A DNA stretch of 15,844 bases from Methanobacterium sp. (GTDB lineage Archaea > Methanobacteriota > Methanobacteria > Methanobacteriales > Methanobacteriaceae). Under the pieces are notes generated by a model. That model was given only the letters and a program-made list of their open reading frames with translations. It was not told where the DNA came from and did not search any database. The stretch is from positions 11,639 through 27,482 of the forward strand of contig PMWA01000111.1 of the NCBI GenBank assembly GCA_003166335.1, in the 5' to 3' direction. Positions 6,938 through 15,844 of this stretch are shown here, one piece after another; the stretch's first letter is position 1; every line of letters begins with the position of its first letter. The position numbers and the translations under genes were made by a program.

Positions 6938-6968
6938 AAAAAATATTCACTTTTATAATTTTTAATAA

Positions 6969-8036
6969 TTAAACTTTAATCCGTATAATTTTGTCATCTC
7001 CTGGTTGCGGTGTACCTCTACCATCCTCGTTGGATGTAGTAATATAAAGGTATCCATCATGTGCTACAACTTCCCTTAATCTGCCATAATTAGTGAGTAT
7101 TTCACTTTCACTAATGACTGTTTTATCATCACTAGATAAGTTTAATACTCTGAGTTGTTCTCCTCTGAGTCCTGCTACATAGAGATGATTCTGATAATAA
7201 GCTATTCCAGAAGGTGCTAGGGTGAAGTTAGTGTAGACGTCAATGGGGCTTATATAACCGGGTGCACTTTCATTTCCTTGGAGAATTGGCCATCCATAGT
7301 TTCCACCTTTAGTTATAATGTTTATCTCATCGTCCATGATGTTACCATTTTCAGATTCATATAAAATCCCGTTAGAAGGGTTCCAGGCTAATCCCTGCGG
7401 ATCTCGGTGACCGTAACTATAAACATAGTTTCCAAACGGATTGTCAGTTGGGACGGAGCCATTTGGGTCAAGGCGGAGTACTTTTCCGGATAATGAATTT
7501 ATGTCTTGAGCGGAACTAGAGTTATCGGCGTCACCAGTGGTTGCATATAATTTACGGTCAGGTCCAAATTTCAGTCTTCCCCCGTTATGGATGGGTCCTC
7601 CGGGAATATTATCTAAAAGTACAGTTTCATTACTAATCGTACCATTTAAGACGAATCGAGATATTCGATTAACATCCGCTTTATCAGTGTAGTAAACATA
7701 TATATAATGATTCTGAGTGAAATTAGGGTCTACTGCTATCCCTAGAAGTCCTGATTCGTCGCCAGGACTCTGGGTTACATTGATAGTACCCACAGTTTCT
7801 ACTGTAGTGTTGTTAACGAGTATATCAACTCTGCCCACTCTCTCTGTGAAAATCATAGTGTCATTTGGGAGAAAATCAATAGCCCATGGTACATCGAGAT
7901 TTTGAGCTGAAACTACCGGTTCTGTACTCTGTGGTGCTGGTTGTGATGATGTGGAGTAAAATGTAAAAGTTAAAAATGCTATTACAATTAGAATAATAAC
8001 TACAGCAACAACTATAATAATAGTTCTATTTTTCAT
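6969..8036 (-). CDS. PQQ-dependent sugar dehydrogenase (GSDH/aldose dehydrogenase) family beta-propeller with N-terminal membrane anchor
   Basis: LDVPWAIDFLP, GLLGIAVDPNF, HNGGRLKFGPD, YSYGHRDPQGLAW, GGNYGWP and GRLREV motifs; N-terminal hydrophobic helix. Confidence 0.88.
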   Translation of the reverse strand: MKNRTIIIVVAVVIILIVIAFLTFTFYSTSSQPAPQSTEPVVSAQNLDVPWAIDFLPNDTMIFTERVGRVDILVNNTTVETVGTINVTQSPGDESGLLGIAVDPNFTQNHYIYVYYTDKADVNRISRFVLNGTISNETVLLDNIPGGPIHNGGRLKFGPDRKLYATTGDADNSSSAQDINSLSGKVLRLDPNGSVPTDNPFGNYVYSYGHRDPQGLAWNPSNGILYESENGNIMDDEINIITKGGNYGWPILQGNESAPGYISPIDVYTNFTLAPSGIAYYQNHLYVAGLRGEQLRVLNLSSDDKTVISESEILTNYGRLREVVAHDGYLYITTSNEDGRGTPQPGDDKIIRIKV

Positions 8037-8201
8037 TTTAGCACTTATTCTAATATTATGTAATTAATTGTATTTCAAATTTCTGAATTTTTTTATGAGT
8101 GAAAATAAAAAGAATAATCCATTACTAAGTTCAAATAATATAAATAATTGAATATTTAATTCAAGAAATTTAAAATTAGAATATTTACATGGGTGCAATG
8201 A

Positions 8202-8834
8202 ATGTTAAAAATACTTAAGAATATAGTTTTGCAGGATCGATTAACCAAAATACGAAATGTTAAAATAGATGGTATCCATTTTAAAGCAGGATTAGTTGAA
8301 ATGGGTACATTAATTGGATATGAATTCGCATCCAACATGGATATTAGGGAAGTCAAGGTTAAAACACCACTAGGTATTGCTAATGGGATTAAAATAAACG
8401 ATACTGAAAATATTGTGGTGGTAACCGTTTTAAGAGCTGCTATACCGATGGTTGAAGGTGTTATGAATGTTTTCGATGAAGCCAAATACGGTATGGTAGG
8501 TGCCTGGCGTGAAAAGGAACCTCCATTCAAAGTTAATGTAGGATACCTTAAAATACCTGATATCAATGATAAAATAGTTATAATAGTTGATCCAATGCTT
8601 GCAACTGGTAACACTATGAATCTTATTATCAAAGAGCTGAAAAAATTGGGAACTCCCAATAGATTGGCTATTTTTAATGTAATATCCACAGAAGAGGGTG
8701 TAGAAAAAGTTTTAGCTAACCATTCTGAAGTGGAGATTTATACTTGTTCAATTGAGAATAAGCTTAAGGATGGATATATTATTCCCGGTATGGGAGATGC
8801 TGGTGATATTGCCTTTGGAAAACCTATTAAATAA
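8202..8834 (+). CDS. upp: Uracil phosphoribosyltransferase
   Basis: VLRAA, PRPP-binding loop IIVDPMLATGNT, and YIIPGMGDAGD. Confidence 0.95.
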   Translation: MLKILKNIVLQDRLTKIRNVKIDGIHFKAGLVEMGTLIGYEFASNMDIREVKVKTPLGIANGIKINDTENIVVVTVLRAAIPMVEGVMNVFDEAKYGMVGAWREKEPPFKVNVGYLKIPDINDKIVIIVDPMLATGNTMNLIIKELKKLGTPNRLAIFNVISTEEGVEKVLANHSEVEIYTCSIENKLKDGYIIPGMGDAGDIAFGKPIK

Positions 8835-8868
8835 AAAAAATCATTTTTAGTGGTTATAAAAAATTTTT

Positions 8869-9378
8869 TTAATGTTGATATAATGATTCACCATGTGCCA
8901 CAGCAACAATTCCCGGAATACCATTGACTTCGAGTTTATATATAGCTTCCATACCCTCTTCTTTAAATGCAACAACTTTTTTGGAAATTAATTTACTTGT
9001 CAGAAGTGCTGCAGCAGGGGGAGTTACTACAAAAACGGAGTTATAATTATTTAGAGCTTCAATGGTGTCTGTACTTAAGGATCCCTTACCAATATGTATT
9101 TTAACTCCAGATTTTGAAAGAAATGGAATATTTTCTTCTATTTCTTCTTTATTGCTGGTTGTGGGGGATATTCCAGCCTGGCTCACTGCAGTGTGCATTA
9201 TGACAGCACCTCGAAGATTTATTAGATTTTCTCCAGCTTTAATGGATTTCACTAATTTAGGGAGTGCTGCATCTCTTCCAGTGAGTATATTACTATAAAC
9301 AGCGATTTTATCCCCAACATGGAGATTAAGTACTGTTCCATCACTTATTGGTGTTCTAATCTTTATCAGGTCATCCAT
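8869..9378 (-). CDS. Fe-S hydro-lyase (fumarate hydratase class I / tartrate dehydratase) beta subunit
   Basis: ILTGRDAA, SPTTS, HIGKG, EGMEA and HGESLY motifs of the Fumerase_C domain. Confidence 0.88.
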   Translation of the reverse strand: MDDLIKIRTPISDGTVLNLHVGDKIAVYSNILTGRDAALPKLVKSIKAGENLINLRGAVIMHTAVSQAGISPTTSNKEEIEENIPFLSKSGVKIHIGKGSLSTDTIEALNNYNSVFVVTPPAAALLTSKLISKKVVAFKEEGMEAIYKLEVNGIPGIVAVAHGESLYQH

Positions 9379-9395
9379 ATTATTTTTACTCAGAA

Positions 9396-10544
9396 TTATA
9401 TTCTTATTTCACGAAGATCCGTCAAAAATGATTCTATATGCTCCTTATTGAGATGAGGCATCACAATTATCCTAATTGCTTGAGGATATGATGATATAGA
9501 CACTGCCCATCCTCTTTCCTTTAATCGGTCTGCAATCTCCCATACAGTCATTTCCCTGGAATTGAAAGCTACAATGTTAAGCTGGGGTTCCGTTACCAGT
9601 ATAAATCCTGAATCCTTTACGCCTTGAGCCAGAAGTCTGGTATGCTCCATACATCTTTCTGCAACCTTTCTGTAACCATTTCTTCCAAGATATTTCATTA
9701 ATGCCCAAGTAGCTGCCGTTGAAGCTCCAGTTCTAGTACCTACTATAGTAGACTGCCTGTCCTCTGTGAGGTAAGGGGTTTCAATACTCATAACATCCAG
9801 ATAGCTCTTATCCCTGAAAAGTATTCCACCCGTAGGAATAGGAGTTAATCCCATTTTATGGGGATCGATAGTTATAGAACAAACCCCTTGTAGTGAAAAA
9901 TCGAATTTAGGAAAATTGTATCCTCTTCCATTTAAAAAAGGAATAGAAAATCCACCAAAAGCAGCGTCCACATGCAAAAAAATTTCATTCTCAAAGCAAA
10001 TGTTTGAAAGCTCTTCTATCGGATCCACCTTCCCCAGTTCAGTAGTGCCTGCTATCCCCACCACTGCAATGGTATGGTTAGATAAAAGGTCATTAACAGA
10101 TTCTACATCAACGCAATAATTATCATCAAGCTTTGCCTCTTTGATTTTAAGGCATAACATATCTGCTGCCTTTTTAAAGGAGAAATGAGCAGATTTAGGC
10201 ACAATTATTTCTGGATTTTTAATTCCACTTGAGTTTCGAGCCGCTCTCATTGCCATTATATTGGCTTCTGTTCCACCTGTAATTATATGACCATAAACAT
10301 TATTTTTACCTAAAAGATTCCCCAACATGGCGATTACTTCATCTTCCATGGTTTTAGTGCCCTGAAAAAGTCCAGGATCTCCTAGATTAGATTCCAAGAA
10401 CATACAGTAAGCTTTCACTCCCACTTCATGAGGACATGTACACATGGATCCAAGAATTTTACCTGAACGATGAGTCATATCTTGTTCTTTGAAGTTTCTA
10501 AGAGTCTCGAATACTTCATTCTTTGAAATTCCCTTATCATCCAT
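9396..10544 (-). CDS. mfnA: PLP-dependent L-tyrosine/L-aspartate decarboxylase (methanofuran/CoA biosynthesis)
   Basis: [29 protein letters not shown] and [10 protein letters not shown] (PLP lysine). Confidence 0.95.
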   Translation of the reverse strand: MDDKGISKNEVFETLRNFKEQDMTHRSGKILGSMCTCPHEVGVKAYCMFLESNLGDPGLFQGTKTMEDEVIAMLGNLLGKNNVYGHIITGGTEANIMAMRAARNSSGIKNPEIIVPKSAHFSFKKAADMLCLKIKEAKLDDNYCVDVESVNDLLSNHTIAVVGIAGTTELGKVDPIEELSNICFENEIFLHVDAAFGGFSIPFLNGRGYNFPKFDFSLQGVCSITIDPHKMGLTPIPTGGILFRDKSYLDVMSIETPYLTEDRQSTIVGTRTGASTAATWALMKYLGRNGYRKVAERCMEHTRLLAQGVKDSGFILVTEPQLNIVAFNSREMTVWEIADRLKERGWAVSISSYPQAIRIIVMPHLNKEHIESFLTDLREIRI

Positions 10545-10630
10545 TTTTTTAAGCCCATAAAAATTAGATTACAATTATAAATTAAAAAAAAATAGTAAAA
10601 AAATTAGTTTATTTTAATAATTAAATTATT

Positions 10631-12925
10631 TTAATCCTGTATAATCTTTCGCGCAGCTCTAAGAATCAATTTCTTCTCCACACGAGCCACCACTTCTCTC
10701 ACCAGGGCTACAGCATCAGTATTAGCAGATACAGAGGTGATTCCCAGCTCCACGAGTTTTTCTACAACAGAGGGTATGCTTCCAGCCTGACCGCAGATAC
10801 TTGTTTTAACCCCTGCTTTGTTACACTCCTTAATAACTCTTTCTAATAACTTTAAAATCGCAGGATGTTGTTCAGTGAAGAGATCTGCCACATTTTCATT
10901 GTTACGATCTATTGCTAGAGTGTATTGGGTTAAATCGTTAGTTCCAAAGCTTACAAAGTCTAATCCTTCAGCTATGAAGTCTTCTATAATCAAAGCTGCG
11001 GCTGGTGTTTCCACCATTATTCCAAATTCTATGTTTTTCTGTGGTTTCAATCCCACCTCACGGGCTATCTTTTTAGCCTGCTTAAGTTCATCGGGATGCT
11101 GCACTAATGGGATCATTATACCTATATTAGTGTATCCTTGCTCGTGAAGTTTCTTTATGGCTTTAAATTCTGCCTTTAAAATTTCAGGTTCATCTAACTC
11201 TCTTCTGATACCTCTCCAGCCCAGCATAGGATTATGTTCGTATGGGTCATCCTCTCCACCTTTAAGAGACTTGAATTCATCAGTAGGAGCATCCAAGGTC
11301 CTGTACCATACTGTTTTAGTGTAGAAGGCATCCGCCACCTTAAAGACATTCTCCACGAGTACTTTTACCAATTCATCTTCCCTTCCCTCTGATATGAATT
11401 TTTTAGGGTGAACACCTGTGGCTAACATCATATGTTCCGTTCTAAGAAGCCCTACACCATCTGCACCAGTCATAGCTGCCTTTTTAGCTGCCTCAGGCAT
11501 GCTAACGTTTACCTTAACTTCTGTTACTGTGAGTATAGATTGTTGGACAACGGTTGTTTTCTCCACTTCCTCCTCTTTTTGAGTGGATTCCACTATTTTA
11601 CCCTCATAAACTAATCCCTTATTTCCATCCAATGTTACTACGGAATTCTCTTTGAGAACTTTAGTAGCATCCCCCGTTCCTACCACGCAGGGTATTCCCA
11701 GTTCTCGGGAGACAATAGCTGCGTGACAGGTTACTCCACCTTCATCGGTGATTATTCCATTAGCACGTTTCATAGCAGGGACCATATCAGGCATGGTCAT
11801 CACTGTAACTAATATATCTCCTACCAGGATTTTATCTAATTCATCTGTGTCTCTGATGATTTTAACTTTACCGGATGCCATACCAGGGCTTGCACCTAAT
11901 CCTTTAGCTATTATAGTTCTTTCAACTTCCGCCTCTATCGCTTCTGCTTTTTTAGTAAGAGTGGTTATTGGTCTTGATTGTAGCATGAAGATTTGGCCCT
12001 CTTCAATAGCCCATTCCGTATCTTGGGGAAAGTCGTAATGGTCTTGTATTGTTTTTCCAAGTTTAGTTAATCCAGCTATTTCATCATTGTTTAATACTTG
12101 TTTCTTTTTCATGTCGTCTGGAACTGTAATTTTCTCGGTTTTACCTGTGTTTGGATTCTTCCGGTACATGATGTTTTTTTCACTGATTTGATAATCAAGA
12201 ATCTCTTCATTCTCTTTATCAACCCAGATTGTGTCTGGAGTTACTGTACCGGATACTACTGCTTCTCCCAGTCCCCATGCTGCTTCAATCAATATTTTTT
12301 CATCACCTGTGGATGGGTGTGCAGTGAACATTACTCCGGCTTTTTCAGCATTCACCATTTCTTGTACCACTACTGCAATGTATACTGTGGAGTGGTCGAA
12401 GTTATTCTCTTCCCTGTAAAATATAGCGCGTGCTTCGAAAAGTGATGCCCAGCATTTTCTAACATATTTTATTAGTTCTTCTTCACCTTTAACGTTAAGA
12501 TATGTGTCCTGTTGCCCTGCAAATGATGCTTCAGGCAAGTCTTCAGCTGTAGCAGATGATCTTATAGCTACAAAAGCATTTTCTTTCCCAATTCTACGGC
12601 ATAATGCATTGTAAGCCTCTATTATAATAGTTTTTATTTCATTTGGTACTTCTGTTTCAATTATTATGTTTTTAATCTTCCGTGCTGCTTGTTGAAGTTC
12701 CTGATTATTGTTGACATCTATTACATTAAGAATGTCCATTATTTCATCGAAGATTTCAGTTTCGTTTATAAATTGATTATAGGTTTGTGATGTTATCACA
12801 AATCCGGGAGGTACTTTTATTCCTGCTTGGGTGAGTTCCCCTAAATTAGCACCTTTTCCACCGGCAATTGCCACATCGTCCTTATTTAACTCCTCAAAGA
12901 ATTCGACATACTTCATGCTAGACAC
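10631..12925 (-). CDS. ppsA: Phosphoenolpyruvate synthase (pyruvate, water dikinase)
   Basis: GGKGANLGEL, RSSATAEDLPEASFAGQQ, phospho-His motif GGVTCHAAIVSRELG, GTNDLTQY and SICGQA. Start may be GTG 12925 or ATG 12916. Confidence 0.97.
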   Translation of the reverse strand: MSSMKYVEFFEELNKDDVAIAGGKGANLGELTQAGIKVPPGFVITSQTYNQFINETEIFDEIMDILNVIDVNNNQELQQAARKIKNIIIETEVPNEIKTIIIEAYNALCRRIGKENAFVAIRSSATAEDLPEASFAGQQDTYLNVKGEEELIKYVRKCWASLFEARAIFYREENNFDHSTVYIAVVVQEMVNAEKAGVMFTAHPSTGDEKILIEAAWGLGEAVVSGTVTPDTIWVDKENEEILDYQISEKNIMYRKNPNTGKTEKITVPDDMKKKQVLNNDEIAGLTKLGKTIQDHYDFPQDTEWAIEEGQIFMLQSRPITTLTKKAEAIEAEVERTIIAKGLGASPGMASGKVKIIRDTDELDKILVGDILVTVMTMPDMVPAMKRANGIITDEGGVTCHAAIVSRELGIPCVVGTGDATKVLKENSVVTLDGNKGLVYEGKIVESTQKEEEVEKTTVVQQSILTVTEVKVNVSMPEAAKKAAMTGADGVGLLRTEHMMLATGVHPKKFISEGREDELVKVLVENVFKVADAFYTKTVWYRTLDAPTDEFKSLKGGEDDPYEHNPMLGWRGIRRELDEPEILKAEFKAIKKLHEQGYTNIGIMIPLVQHPDELKQAKKIAREVGLKPQKNIEFGIMVETPAAALIIEDFIAEGLDFVSFGTNDLTQYTLAIDRNNENVADLFTEQHPAILKLLERVIKECNKAGVKTSICGQAGSIPSVVEKLVELGITSVSANTDAVALVREVVARVEKKLILRAARKIIQD

Positions 12926-12975
12926 TTCTTTTTTAACTTTTCTTTAAATAATTTTATTTTTTATTTTTATAATCT

Positions 12976-13458
12976 TTATTTAACTAATTCAGCCCCTTTG
13001 TCCACTACAATCTTACATGGAACTGGGAACTTCATTGCAGCTCTTCGTAAAGCTTCTTTCGAGTCTTTAAAATTCTTTTTATTTGTTTTGATTGTTAAAA
13101 CCTTTTGATTAGCTTTTACTAAAGCCACTGAACTTACAGCCTTTCCAAAAGCTTTCCGCATACCATCCTGCACTCGGTCTGCACCCGCACCGGTGGCCAT
13201 GGGATTTTCCCTTACAATATGATGGGGGTATACTCTGATTTTAAGTTGGTAACCCATTCTACCGGATTTTCTCTGCATGTATCTGTTTGATGCTATCCTA
13301 GCTGCTTCAAGTGCATTATGTGATAGTTGGGCTGGCTCCTTAACTGCCAAGCTGACTGTTAAGGGGAATTCTCCTGAGAGATTTCCCATATCATATTGAA
13401 CTATCCTTGAACCAGGAATTTTCCTTATATAATCTTTTCTAGTGTATGCTCTAACCAT
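12976..13458 (-). CDS. rpl10e: 50S ribosomal protein uL16 (L10e)
   Basis: [46 protein letters not shown] upstream. Confidence 0.97.
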   Translation of the reverse strand: MVRAYTRKDYIRKIPGSRIVQYDMGNLSGEFPLTVSLAVKEPAQLSHNALEAARIASNRYMQRKSGRMGYQLKIRVYPHHIVRENPMATGAGADRVQDGMRKAFGKAVSSVALVKANQKVLTIKTNKKNFKDSKEALRRAAMKFPVPCKIVVDKGAELVK

Positions 13459-13631
13459 TTGAGATAGTCCTCCTTTAAGAAAAGTTTTTTAATTATAACT
13501 TAATAAACATTACCCTCGAATAGTTATTTCCCAAATCTTTTTATATTCTTTAATACTCCTATAATATCCGTTATTTTATACAAAAATCTTATATTCACAC
13601 GAAAATACATCATACTACAAGGTGAACTTAC

Positions 13632-14420
13632 ATGAAAATTGCAGTAACTGGAAAAGGAGGGGTTGGAAAAACAACCCTTTCAGGTACATTGGCATTTATA
13701 TTGTCACGAACTTATAAAGTATTCGCTATCGATGCAGACCCGGATATGAATCTGGCATCTAGCCTAGGAATACATACTAAAATCACCCCTATATCAAAAA
13801 TGAGAGAACTTATTAAGGAAAGGACAGGCGCAGAACCGGGTTCATCCTTTGGAGAAGTTTTCAAGATGAATCCCAAGATATCTGACCTTCCAGAATCATT
13901 ATCCATAAAATATGATTCAAATGATAATTTAAGACTCTTAGTGATGGGGACAGTGGAAAAAGGAGGGGAAGGATGTATATGTCCTGCATCAGTGCTTCTT
14001 AAGGCTCTTATGAGGAATCTTATACTTAAAAAAGATGAATTAGTGATATTAGATATGGAAGCCGGTATAGAGCATCTGGGAAGGCGAACCGCGGAAGCTG
14101 TGGATATTATGATTATTGTAGTGGAACCGGGGCTTAAATCATTAGAAACTGCTGATCGGATTAAGAAACTAGCAGCAGACATAGGAATTAAAAGAATAAC
14201 ATGTGTAATAAATAAGGTTTCAAATAAAAATGAAGAAGAATTTGTGGTTAAGAAGCTTGGAGAGATGGGATTGAATGTTATAGGTAGTATTCCTAGGGAT
14301 GAACTTGTGGTGAAGGCTGATATGGAGGGGAAGCCTTTGATAGAATATTCTGAATCAGAGGCTTTGAAATCCATAGAAACAATTTCAAAAAATATTTTAA
14401 TCCAGATAAGTGAACATTAA
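13632..14420 (+). CDS. cooC: CooC/AcsF-type nickel-insertion ATPase (MinD/ParA family)
   Basis: Deviant Walker A GKGGVGKT, DADPDMNL, Ni-binding GCICP, and DMEAGIEHLGR; GGTGA SD. Confidence 0.88.
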   Translation: MKIAVTGKGGVGKTTLSGTLAFILSRTYKVFAIDADPDMNLASSLGIHTKITPISKMRELIKERTGAEPGSSFGEVFKMNPKISDLPESLSIKYDSNDNLRLLVMGTVEKGGEGCICPASVLLKALMRNLILKKDELVILDMEAGIEHLGRRTAEAVDIMIIVVEPGLKSLETADRIKKLAADIGIKRITCVINKVSNKNEEEFVVKKLGEMGLNVIGSIPRDELVVKADMEGKPLIEYSESEALKSIETISKNILIQISEH

Positions 14421-14422
14421 AC

Positions 14423-14650
14423 ATGAATGTTAAAGCTAGGATTACCTTCAAATATTCTAAAGAAAAAGAAGCTAAATTAAGTCTAAAATCATTAAAACCA
14501 GATAATTTAGGATTCATTGATTCATATCAATTTAATAATTGTTATATTTGTAATTTAAATAGTGATTCACTAAGAACCATCCTCGCTACCATTGATGACC
14601 TACTTTTTGGTGAGATGATGGTTGAAAAAATTATGACACTTAAAGAATAG
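14423..14650 (+). CDS. pcc1: KEOPS complex subunit Pcc1-like protein
   Basis: 75 aa with SLKPDN and SLRTILATIDDLL, which fit the Pcc1 pattern; lies between cooC and serS. Confidence 0.75.
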   Translation: MNVKARITFKYSKEKEAKLSLKSLKPDNLGFIDSYQFNNCYICNLNSDSLRTILATIDDLLFGEMMVEKIMTLKE

Positions 14651-14664
14651 GTGGGTTAAATAAA

Positions 14665-15844
14665 ATGAGATTTACGCTTGAAGGAGAAATCATATTCAGT
14701 AAAAATGTAGAAAAAGCCCTAAAAGATATTGAAGATTTCATAAAACAGTCCAATCAGGAGTTATTCCTTAAAGGTGTTCCTGAAGATCAGGAAGAGGATG
14801 CTTCAAAGATAATAGAATGGAATCTAGAAGAAAATGCTTTGAAACTTAAAATTATATCAGGAAGACGTGGAAGGGCTCATGATGCGTTACTCCGTATGAA
14901 AAATCCTTTAACTAATCTTTTAGGTCAAAAATATCATATTGGTGTGCGTAAAATTCATGTAGATACTTATGAAATTATGTTACAACTCCCAAGAGAACCA
15001 GAATTAGATGCATCCACTGGATTAATCAAAGTAGGAGAAGTAGATTTATGGGCCACTCTTATAGATAGAATCATTGACATGCCCTATGTATCACATTCTG
15101 AAATTATAGAGAATAAATTAGTAATAAAATTTGAAAATTTAAATGAATCAGAATTAAGAAAACATGTTGTTGACAGAGTTTTAAAGTTCATAAAAGAATC
15201 ATTGGAGTCCAGTTCAGCTGACCATAAATCAGAAGTGGATGTTACCCAACCATCTGACATACTCACCAAAAAAGTTACCAAGATCGAACCCGGTACCATC
15301 GTATCCACCAGTATTAAGCAAAAGTTTTTCTTTGAAGGTGATGCAACAGAGGAAGCTGTACGATTAGGTTGGGTTAAAAAATTCCCTGGTAAAGGTCAAT
15401 GGTTCTATGGGCCGCAGCTTATTGCGTTGCAACGTGCCATAGAAGATATATTTTTGGAAAAGCTAGTTTATCAACTTGATTTTATGGAGTGTATGTGGCC
15501 GAAACTCATACCTATACCGGTTATGAATAAGATGCGTTACTTAGAAGGTCTTCCCGAAGGGATGTATTATTGTTCCGCCCCTAAGAGAGATCCGGAATTA
15601 TTTGAAAAATTTAAACAGGAACTATTGATTAATAAAGAAGTTCCCATAGCTCTTTTGAAAGATGGGCTTAAAGATCCATCCTATGTTCTGGCACCAGCTC
15701 AGTGTGAGCCTTTTTATGAATTCTTCTCACATGAAGTTATAGATGAAGAGGAGCTTCCTATAAAATTCTTTGACCGCAGTGGTTGGACATATCGTTGGGA
15801 AGCAGGAGGAGCTAAGGGTTTGGATCGGGTGCATGAATTCCAAA
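14665..15844 (+). CDS. serS: Methanogen-type (Zn-dependent) seryl-tRNA synthetase, 3'-truncated by the window edge
   Basis: Hand translation from ATG 14665: MRFTLEGEIIFSK...SGRRGRAHDALLR...GWVKKFPGKGQWFY...YLEGLPEGMYY...LAPAQCEPFY...GWTYRWEAGGAKGLDRVHEFQ, open to the end. Not in the ORF track. Confidence 0.96.
   Translation, partial: MRFTLEGEIIFSKNVEKALKDIEDFIKQSNQELFLKGVPEDQEEDASKIIEWNLEENALKLKIISGRRGRAHDALLRMKNPLTNLLGQKYHIGVRKIHVDTYEIMLQLPREPELDASTGLIKVGEVDLWATLIDRIIDMPYVSHSEIIENKLVIKFENLNESELRKHVVDRVLKFIKESLESSSADHKSEVDVTQPSDILTKKVTKIEPGTIVSTSIKQKFFFEGDATEEAVRLGWVKKFPGKGQWFYGPQLIALQRAIEDIFLEKLVYQLDFMECMWPKLIPIPVMNKMRYLEGLPEGMYYCSAPKRDPELFEKFKQELLINKEVPIALLKDGLKDPSYVLAPAQCEPFYEFFSHEVIDEEELPIKFFDRSGWTYRWEAGGAKGLDRVHEFQ

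Noticed and set aside
8869..9378. Fumarate hydratase beta subunit without an adjacent alpha subunit, read as a broken gene
   Set aside because: Split, unlinked class I fumarase subunits are common in archaea, and the ORF is full length for the domain.
13712..14374. Long antisense ORFs (13712-14374, 8156-8689, those within ppsA and others)
   Set aside because: They fully overlap well-supported genes on the opposite strand and show no recognisable motifs.

Overview
AT-rich archaeal DNA, most likely from a Methanobacterium-like methanogen (methanogen-type SerRS, MfnA, aTrm56, uL16/L10e, Pcc1). Positions ~4.5-15.8 kb are a housekeeping block: CbiZ-CobZ (CbiS-like) fusion, cobS, aTrm56, a membrane-anchored PQQ/GSDH-family beta-propeller, upp, fumarate hydratase beta subunit, mfnA, ppsA, rpl10e, CooC-type ATPase, pcc1 and serS (truncated by the window end). 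Positions 1 to ~4.0 kb are one end of an integrated mobile element, with all genes on the minus strand: a tyrosine integrase with Gly at the first catalytic Arg position, ~690 bp of non-coding DNA, a 46-aa ORF, and a translationally coupled >633-aa Prim-Pol/PriCT/D5-SF3 primase-helicase that the ORF track missed. The most unusual signal lies in the non-coding gap. It holds five tandem hairpins whose stems differ in sequence but still pair, each followed by a constant TAGTA(A/G)A motif, plus a degenerate sixth unit and one inverted copy. This is a candidate structured RNA array, replication origin or recombinase site array.
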